From Thermoproteota archaeon (GTDB lineage: Archaea > Korarchaeota > Korarchaeia > Korarchaeales > Korarchaeaceae): a stretch of DNA of 12,779 nt. The notes below the pieces were generated by a model. That model did no database searches and was not told the origin of the DNA. It was given only the letters and a program-made list of their open reading frames with translations. The first letter of the stretch is position 1, and each line of letters starts with the position of its first letter. The translations under genes and the position numbers were made by a program. Of this stretch, positions 6,762-12,779 are shown in pieces. The stretch is from contig JAOZFG010000039.1 of assembly GCA_027491435.1 (NCBI GenBank), positions 1 to 12,779 on the forward strand. Direction: 5' to 3'.

Positions 6762-7397
6762 ATGCAGCTTGAGGTGGTGGTGAGGAGCCTAACCGTTTCC
6801 GGGACAGCCACGCTGCTAGCTGCCAGCTGGAGCGTTCCCCTAGCCTACTTTCTGGTGAAGTCCAGGTCCTCCAGGGTGCTGATCCCCCTCCTTGAGGGGC
6901 TCGTGGGAGTTCCAACCGTCTTGATAGGGCTCCTGCTCTACATGCTGCTGAGCAGCAAGGGGCCTTTAGGCCCCTTGAGGCTCCTGTACACCCCTCAGGC
7001 CATAGCTGTGGGCCAGTCCATCCTGATAACCCCCCTGATAACTTCGGTCTCCTACAGGGTTCTCACCCACTCCTGGGGCAGGTACGGGGAGCTGGCCCTC
7101 TCCCTGGGAGCCGATGAGGTCGAGGCGATGAGGTTGGTGCTCTCCGAATCCCTACCCGGCCTGCTGGGGGCTGTGATAATGGGCTTCTCCAGGGCGCTGG
7201 GGGAGCTGGGCATAGCTTTAATGGTCGGGGGGAACATAAAGGGGTACACGAGGGTCATGACCACCGCCATAGCCTTGGAGGTCTCTAAGGGGGAGTTCGA
7301 GCTCGCCACGTGGCTGGGCATCTTCCTAGTAGGGATAATAGCCCTTATCTCCCTGTCCCTCAGGTTCCTGGGGGTAAAAGATGATAGAACTCCGTGA
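6762..7397 (+). CDS. tupB: Tungstate ABC transporter permease
   Basis: RSLTVSGTA, GVPTVLIGL, GPLGPLRLLYTP, EAA-like loop ELALSLGA, GFSRALGELG, MVGGNIKGYTRVMTTAIALE. Confidence 0.95.
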   Translation: MQLEVVVRSLTVSGTATLLAASWSVPLAYFLVKSRSSRVLIPLLEGLVGVPTVLIGLLLYMLLSSKGPLGPLRLLYTPQAIAVGQSILITPLITSVSYRVLTHSWGRYGELALSLGADEVEAMRLVLSESLPGLLGAVIMGFSRALGELGIALMVGGNIKGYTRVMTTAIALEVSKGEFELATWLGIFLVGIIALISLSLRFLGVKDDRTP

Positions 7398-8061
7398 CGT
7401 CTGGTACAGGTACCCAGGAGGCCCTTGGGCGATCTCAGGGGTTAACCTGAGGTTTGAGGGCAGGCACGTGCTGGTGGGCCCAAACGGAAGCGGGAAGACC
7501 ACCCTGCTTAAGGTCTCCTCCTTAATCTACAGGCCGACTAGGGGGAAGGTCCTGGTTAACGGGGTGGACTTCTGGGGGCTTGACGGGAGGAGGCGTAGGG
7601 AGTTGAGGAGACAGGTCGTCTACGTCCACGAGAGGCCAATACTGATAAGGGGCACCGTCCTAGACAACCTGGCCTACCCGCTGATAATGAGGGGGTACAG
7701 TAGAGAGGAGGCCCTTAAAATAGGCAGAGAGGCCCTTTCCACAATAAACGCAGAACATCTAGCTGAGAAGAGGAGGAAGGAACTATCAACCGGTGAGGCT
7801 CAGCTCATATCGGTGCTCAGGGCCCTGATCCTGAGGCCCAAGGTTTTAATGTTGGACGAGCCCACGGCTCACCTGGACTTCGACAGGAGGGAGGTCCTGC
7901 TCAACCTGCTGAAGGGGGTCGAGGTTCTTATAGTGGCGACCCATGACCCCCTCCTGGTGGAGGAGCTTGGAGGCTCCCTGATCAGGATGTCCGGGGGAAG
8001 GGCCGAGTATGAAGGTGCTCATGATCTCTCCAAAGGCTTCTGGAGAAGGGGGAATAGCTAG
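7381..8061 (+). CDS. tupC: ABC transporter ATP-binding subunit of the tungstate transporter
   Basis: Walker A GPNGSGKTT, signature LSTGEAQ, Walker B/D-loop LMLDEPTAHLD, H-switch ATHD. Directly follows tupAB. Confidence 0.9.
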   Translation: MIELRDVWYRYPGGPWAISGVNLRFEGRHVLVGPNGSGKTTLLKVSSLIYRPTRGKVLVNGVDFWGLDGRRRRELRRQVVYVHERPILIRGTVLDNLAYPLIMRGYSREEALKIGREALSTINAEHLAEKRRKELSTGEAQLISVLRALILRPKVLMLDEPTAHLDFDRREVLLNLLKGVEVLIVATHDPLLVEELGGSLIRMSGGRAEYEGAHDLSKGFWRRGNS

Positions 8062-9043
8062 ACACGTTTCAACCCTTTCCAGGAAGCTCTCTGAGCTTGG
8101 ACATGAGGTAACCGTGATCTCGTGCACCGGGATGGGCTGGAGGGGAGTCAAGGACGTAAGGGTTAACTGCCTATCCAGAAAGGGTCTGGCGAACGTGAGC
8201 TTCATGTTCAGGGCCCTGTCAAGGATATCCGGGAAGTACGACGTGGTTCACGGGCACAACGCCCCTTCCGTTTTGCCTGTGGCTATAGCAAAGGCCAGGA
8301 AGAAGGTGATAACTATACACGGGCCCTACAGTCGGCAGGTCTCGACTTTACTTAAGCCTGGGGCCAAGTTCCTGGAGTGGCTCACCTTCAGGGTAGCCGA
8401 GGTGACCGTGGTGTCCAGGGCGACCCAGAGGTGGTACAGGGAGAGGGGGTACGAGCCCCTTTACGTCCCAAACGCTATAGATCCTGAGGACTTTCGGGGG
8501 GTGGATGAGGTCAGGCTTTTCAACCCACAGGTAGCCTACGTGGGGAGGATGTCCTGGGAGAAGGGGGTCGACCTGCTCGTTCAGGCCGTACCCAAGGTTG
8601 AGGCCGGCTTCGTCCTGGTTGGCGGGGGGCCCATGCTGGGCCACGTGAGGGAAAAACTGGAAGGCCTTGAAAACGTCGTGATAACAGGGGAGGTGAGCAG
8701 GAGGGAGGCCCTCGGCTACATTAAGGGCTCCGACCTCCTGGTTCTCCCGTCCAGGAGCGAGGGGTTAAGCACGGTGCTCCTGGAGGCCGGCTACCTGGAG
8801 GTGCCGGTGGTGGCATCCTCAATAGAGGAGAACAGGGAGGTTTTGAACGGTTACGCTCACCTATTCGACCTACATCCGGGCAGGGAGGTGGAAAACCTAG
8901 TTAAAGCCTTGAAAAAGGCGTTAAGCGAGGATAACGGGGAGAGGGTCAAGAAGCTCAAGGAGAGGATCGTCAACAACTACACGTGGGATGCCGCCCTTAA
9001 GCGCTACCTGAGGGTCTACGATGTGGGAGCTCAGGAGGGATGA
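8009..9043 (+). CDS. GT4 family (GT-B, retaining) glycosyltransferase
   Basis: MKVLMI...GGIARHV, YDVVHGH, VITIHG, VPNAID, YVGRMSWEKG and the EX7E motif PSRSEGLSTVLLEA. Confidence 0.93.
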   Translation: MKVLMISPKASGEGGIARHVSTLSRKLSELGHEVTVISCTGMGWRGVKDVRVNCLSRKGLANVSFMFRALSRISGKYDVVHGHNAPSVLPVAIAKARKKVITIHGPYSRQVSTLLKPGAKFLEWLTFRVAEVTVVSRATQRWYRERGYEPLYVPNAIDPEDFRGVDEVRLFNPQVAYVGRMSWEKGVDLLVQAVPKVEAGFVLVGGGPMLGHVREKLEGLENVVITGEVSRREALGYIKGSDLLVLPSRSEGLSTVLLEAGYLEVPVVASSIEENREVLNGYAHLFDLHPGREVENLVKALKKALSEDNGERVKKLKERIVNNYTWDAALKRYLRVYDVGAQEG

Positions 9044-9626
9044 GGCCCTCTCAAGGCTGGAGGAACACCTGAAGGCCGGCAGGGTGGACCAGGATATAGT
9101 GGACCTGTTGAGGCTCATAAACTCCTTGAGTTACGCTTTCACCACAAGCTCCTGTTCCGGGCGAATCCAGCTTTACGAGGCCAAGCTCCCTGGAAGCAAG
9201 TTCGACATGAGGACCACGGGCAAGTGGCACAGGCCCATCAGCTTGGAGGAGCTTAGGCCCCTCATAAAGGGAGAGAACCTGTGGCTTGCTGTCCTGCCCC
9301 CAATCCTGCACGTGTCGGTTAAGAGGGGTGAGGAGCTCAGGTTCCTCCAGCTCCTCAGGGATTCTGGGTTCAAAAGGGCCGGCATCATCTCCATCAGTGA
9401 GGACGAGGCCATAATAGAGGCCTCCGGCACGGAGAGGCTTGAGGCCCCCCTGATCTTAGAGGGGGTGAGGGTGTACAGGGATGAGGCCCTCCCCCTGTTG
9501 GTTGAGAGGGCCAACCAGTTACTGTTAAAATCCAAGGACAGGCTTCGAAGGTTGAAGGAGGTGCTCTCAGTTGAGGTTGCCGGAGGCCTGGATAATATCG
9601 GTGGGAAACGAGCTCCTGAACGGTAG
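9021..9626 (+). CDS. taw3: tRNA wyosine-pathway methyltransferase Taw3/Tyw3
   Basis: VDQDIVDLLRLINS, hallmark FTTSSCSGRI, KWH, PPILHV, SGFKRAGI, TERLEAPL. Confidence 0.93.
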   Translation: MWELRRDEALSRLEEHLKAGRVDQDIVDLLRLINSLSYAFTTSSCSGRIQLYEAKLPGSKFDMRTTGKWHRPISLEELRPLIKGENLWLAVLPPILHVSVKRGEELRFLQLLRDSGFKRAGIISISEDEAIIEASGTERLEAPLILEGVRVYRDEALPLLVERANQLLLKSKDRLRRLKEVLSVEVAGGLDNIGGKRAPER

Positions 9627-10365
9627 GATAACCAACACCAACCTCACCTGGCTGGCCAAGAGGCTTACAGTCATGGGCTACCTGGTTAGGGGGGCCATAA
9701 CGGTGCGTGACGAGTGTGAGGACATATCCTGGGCCTTCAGGACCGCCCTCTCTAAGGGGGCCTCCCTGATCCTCTCTACAGGCGGGCTAGGCCCCACCTT
9801 CGATGACAAGACCTCTGAGTGCCTCTCCAAGGCCCTGGGAAGGGAGTGGGTGGTTAACGAGGAGGCCCTTAAAATGGTGGAGGAGAAGTACAGGAGGGCC
9901 GGGCTCCCAATGACCGAGCACAGGGTTAAGATGGCCAGGATGCCCGAAAAGGCTGAGCCAATACCCAACAGGGTTGGTACTGCCCCTGGAATCCTCGTCA
10001 GGGAGGGACAGAGCCTCATAGTGGTCATGCCTGGAGTCCCGGCGGAGATGAAGGCCATATTCGAGGAGGTCGAGCCGCTCCTGAGGGAGAGGGCTCCCAG
10101 GCTGGAGATGGTCAGCGTTGACGTCATCATAAAGGGGGTTCCAGAGTCCAGCCTGGCGCCCGTTATAGAGAGGGCCATGAAGTCGGCAAACGTCTACGTA
10201 AAGAGCCATCCCTCCGGCAGGGAGGTTGAGGAGCCGGTGATAAGGTTGAACGTGGTGGCCTCGGCCCCCACCAGGGAGGAGGCGGTGGAAGAGGTCAAGA
10301 AGGCTTTGAAGGTGATATACGAGCACATGCCCCCTGGGGGCAGGGTAGAGGGTGAAGAGTGGTGA
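9571..10365 (+). CDS. CinA N-terminal / MocF-domain protein (COG1058 pyrophosphatase-like), no PncC domain
   Basis: IISVGNELLNGRITNTN, TGGLGPTFDDKT, KMARMP, PNRVGTAPG, MPGVPAEMKAIF, then a KH-like domain (GVPESSLAP, YVKSHP). TTG start at 9571 or 9577. Confidence 0.9.
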   Translation: MRLPEAWIISVGNELLNGRITNTNLTWLAKRLTVMGYLVRGAITVRDECEDISWAFRTALSKGASLILSTGGLGPTFDDKTSECLSKALGREWVVNEEALKMVEEKYRRAGLPMTEHRVKMARMPEKAEPIPNRVGTAPGILVREGQSLIVVMPGVPAEMKAIFEEVEPLLRERAPRLEMVSVDVIIKGVPESSLAPVIERAMKSANVYVKSHPSGREVEEPVIRLNVVASAPTREEAVEEVKKALKVIYEHMPPGGRVEGEEW

Positions 10366-11495
10366 TCCCCGGCTTTGAGATAACCCCCTGGCTTGTGAAG
10401 GGGGACAGGGTGGACTACAGGAAGGTCCTTTCCTACTTCAACCTGAGGCCGATAACCCCGGACGTTAGGAACATGATGAGGGACGCCTTCGGGGACGTGA
10501 ACTACTTGGTGAGGAGAGGCCTTTTCTTCGCCCACAGGGAGATGAGACAAGCCTTACTGGACCTGAAGTACAGGAGGAGAAGAGTGTACCTGTTCACAGG
10601 CAGGGGGGCCTCCGGCCCCATGCACATAGGCCACCTGGTCCCCTTGCTGTTGGCCAGGTGGATGCAGAGGAGGAGGAACCTGACTCTAATCTTCCAGATA
10701 TCCGACGACGAGAAGTTTGTTCTCAGGCCCAAGTTCACCTTGGAGCAGGTCAGGGTCTTCGCCAGGGACAACGCCCTGGACTTCCTGGCCCTGGGCTTCG
10801 ACCCGGATAGGACGAAGATAATATGGGACACGATGGTGGCGAGCTGGCTTTACCCCCTCACCCTCAAGGTGGCCAAGCACGTAAAGATAAGCGAGCTTAA
10901 GACGGTTGTCAAGATAGACGACAGCTGGAACGTCGGGATAGCCTTCTACATAGCTGTGCAGTCCCTCCCAGCCCTGATGTACGAGCTGGAGGTGGCCTTC
11001 CCCGTCAGGTCGATAGTGCCCATGGCCGTGGACCAGGACCCGATACTGAGGGTAGCCCAAAGGCTTGCTGACAGGCTGGGGCTGACTAAGCCAGCGTTGA
11101 TACACAGCAGGTTCCTGCCAGGCCTCAGGGGGGAGCCTAAAATGGGGGCCAGCAACCCCAAATCAGCAATATTCCTGACGGACGGGCCTGAGGAGGTTAA
11201 GGAGAAGGTTGAGGGGTCCAGCTGCGGGCCCCCTGAAATATGCCCCTCAGTCCAGTACCTGAAGGTCTTCGAGGAGGACGACCACGTTTTCTACAGCGTT
11301 TGGGAGCAGTGCTTAAAGGATAGAGTTCAGGGGTGTGATTTAGCCAAGAGGAAGCTCCTGGACATCTTAATACCCTTCATGGAGGAGCACCAAAGGCTGA
11401 GGAGGGAGTACCAGGACAAGGTGGATGAGTTCCTCATGAAGGAGCCGCCTAAAATGGAGGACCTGGGGGAGGGGCTACTGCCTCCTCATCATTAG
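10359..11495 (+). CDS. trpS: Tryptophanyl-tRNA synthetase-like protein (archaeal/eukaryotic type, divergent)
   Basis: RRGLFFAHR, LFTGRGASGPMHIGH, QISDDEKF, GFDPDRT, AVDQDP, KPALIHSRFLPGL, KMGASNPKSAIFLTD. Start GTG 10359 or 10362 after SD GAGGGTGA. Family is clear; canonical function is doubtful (see findings). Confidence 0.85.
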   Translation: MVIPGFEITPWLVKGDRVDYRKVLSYFNLRPITPDVRNMMRDAFGDVNYLVRRGLFFAHREMRQALLDLKYRRRRVYLFTGRGASGPMHIGHLVPLLLARWMQRRRNLTLIFQISDDEKFVLRPKFTLEQVRVFARDNALDFLALGFDPDRTKIIWDTMVASWLYPLTLKVAKHVKISELKTVVKIDDSWNVGIAFYIAVQSLPALMYELEVAFPVRSIVPMAVDQDPILRVAQRLADRLGLTKPALIHSRFLPGLRGEPKMGASNPKSAIFLTDGPEEVKEKVEGSSCGPPEICPSVQYLKVFEEDDHVFYSVWEQCLKDRVQGCDLAKRKLLDILIPFMEEHQRLRREYQDKVDEFLMKEPPKMEDLGEGLLPPHH

Positions 11496-12779
11496 GGCTG
11501 CCCCCAGGAGCATTAGGGCCAGCAGGGCTAATAGGATGAACCCTCCCCACCTCCCTTTCCCTCCCTCGTTACCTCCCTGGCCGCTCACCTCTAGGTTGCC
11601 AGTAGGCGTTTTCGTTTCCGTCAATTTTTCTGAAGTCGTGCTCCTCCAGGCCTCTTCAGTTCTAGTCAGGCCTCCCCCTTCAACAGTTTTCACGCTACCC
11701 CCTTCGCCGTTGACCTTCGCCATTCCATCCTGGGTGGGGACCTCACTCCCTTCCTTAATCCCTCCCTCAATTTCTATGGTCGTAGCGTCTCCAACCGCTT
11801 GGGTGTCGGGGTTATCGGTCAGCAGGTCCCTCTTAACCCCCTGACCCACCACCTCAACCTCGCCCTGCAGCTGGTACTTTCCGGGTTTCCCGTTAACCGA
11901 TAAGGTAAGCTTCCTGATGGACCAGGGTGGTAAGTCAACCTTCCAGATCAGGGGGCTCAGCCTAACCACCTCGCCCCTGCTGGCGTAGAACGAGGTAACT
12001 GAGAGGTCCCTTAAGTCCAGCCTGACGGTCGCGTTGAGAGCAGCGTTCCCCAGGTTCCTCAAGGTTATCAGGAGCTTCCTGTTCAAGGACTTCAGATAAG
12101 CTCTCACGTTAACCACGGGTTCAACCCTGAATAGGGCTTTGGAACCATCAAGGGAGACCAAGCACTCCTCCCCGGCCAGCGCTTTCTTCGGAGGGGTTAC
12201 CGAGAGGTAGCCGGACCTCAGGCTTACGTTCCACCCCTCGCACCCCTTGAACTCCGTGGAGTTAACCCTAACCTTGAGCTCCTCTCCTGGCTTGACGTTG
12301 AAGACGGCCCACTGGACCTTCGTCACCGTCGGGTCACCCAGGGACTTGGTGCTTGGGTCGTCGCTGAGCACCTCATGCGAGGCACAGGAGGGGGATAGGC
12401 ACTCTGCCCTCCCCTGGGCGACCAGGTCCTCGCCCAGGGATAAGTTAACTACCTTCACCACGAAGGTGACGTTCACCCCCTCAACCCCCACCTGGCCCTC
12501 CCAGCTTATGGAGCCGTTCAGGACCTCGTAATCCCCTGATGTGGCGGTCAAGTTGACTAGCCTAGTTCCCCTGGGTATCGGGTTCTCATAGCTTACCTTA
12601 ACCTTGCAGGAGCTCCTTAAAGTGGCGTTGTACCTAACGTAGTCCCCGAGCTCTAACGGTGGGCCGTCCAAGTCTTTGTAGTCTAGTTGGGCCCTCAGGT
12701 AACAGGTTTCCTCCCCAGCCTCCTTGGCGTATAGGAAGACCCTGGCCTGGTCCCCCTTCACCGGGTCGCTGAGCGATTC
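11475..12779 (-). CDS. Cell-surface protein with DUF11-like Ig-type repeats, Thr/Glu/Gly-rich linker and C-terminal membrane anchor (5' end outside window)
   Basis: Frame is open to the window edge (ESLSDPVKGD...). DUF11-like pattern LGDYVRYNATL...NPIPRGTRLV...SISWEG; repeated DDP/DNP motifs; 8 N-X-S/T sequons; terminal hydrophobic helix followed by RRQ. Confidence 0.8.
   Translation of the reverse strand, partial: ESLSDPVKGDQARVFLYAKEAGEETCYLRAQLDYKDLDGPPLELGDYVRYNATLRSSCKVKVSYENPIPRGTRLVNLTATSGDYEVLNGSISWEGQVGVEGVNVTFVVKVVNLSLGEDLVAQGRAECLSPSCASHEVLSDDPSTKSLGDPTVTKVQWAVFNVKPGEELKVRVNSTEFKGCEGWNVSLRSGYLSVTPPKKALAGEECLVSLDGSKALFRVEPVVNVRAYLKSLNRKLLITLRNLGNAALNATVRLDLRDLSVTSFYASRGEVVRLSPLIWKVDLPPWSIRKLTLSVNGKPGKYQLQGEVEVVGQGVKRDLLTDNPDTQAVGDATTIEIEGGIKEGSEVPTQDGMAKVNGEGGSVKTVEGGGLTRTEEAWRSTTSEKLTETKTPTGNLEVSGQGGNEGGKGRWGGFILLALLALMLLGAALMMRRQ

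Noticed and set aside
10359-11495. TrpRS-like gene as a pseudogene
   Set aside because: Full-length uninterrupted ORF with SD, intact HIGH and core motifs; the changes are targeted rather than random.
12-12531. Numerous shadow ORFs (e.g. 1887-2375 +, 9678-10178 -, 9787-10326 -, 10686-11105 -)
   Set aside because: They overlap well-supported genes on the opposite strand or in another frame, have skewed composition and show no motifs; expected in GC-rich DNA.
1-12779. CRISPR array, tRNA/rRNA genes, integrase or transposase
   Set aside because: No regularly spaced repeats, cloverleaf/T-loop signature in non-coding space, or recombinase motifs seen.

Overview
GC-rich, gene-dense window that looks like a thermophilic archaeon (inference from TATA-like promoters, many GTG/TTG starts, AGG/ATA codon use, Taw3 and an archaeal/eukaryote-type TrpRS). 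Left part: MFS transporter (+), glycerophosphodiester phosphodiesterase and a ferredoxin-like protein (-), a symmetric divergent promoter, a NOL1/NOP2/RsmF m5C RNA methyltransferase plus a small RsmF-C-terminal/PUA-like gene (+), and an internally duplicated hypothetical membrane protein (-). A ~590 bp non-coding gap follows. It holds a ~325 bp element with imperfect terminal inverted repeats and many potential helices, plus a ModE-like operator. Then comes a tightly coupled + strand run: tupABC (tungstate ABC transporter), GT4 glycosyltransferase, taw3, CinA-N/MocF protein and a TrpRS-like gene. The window ends in a truncated DUF11-like surface protein (-). Best leads: (1) the TrpRS-like protein, which appears to lack the anticodon-reading loop, has altered Trp-pocket residues and a rearranged 4-Cys motif, so it may be a repurposed paralog; (2) the unexplained structured intergenic element at 5432-5756.
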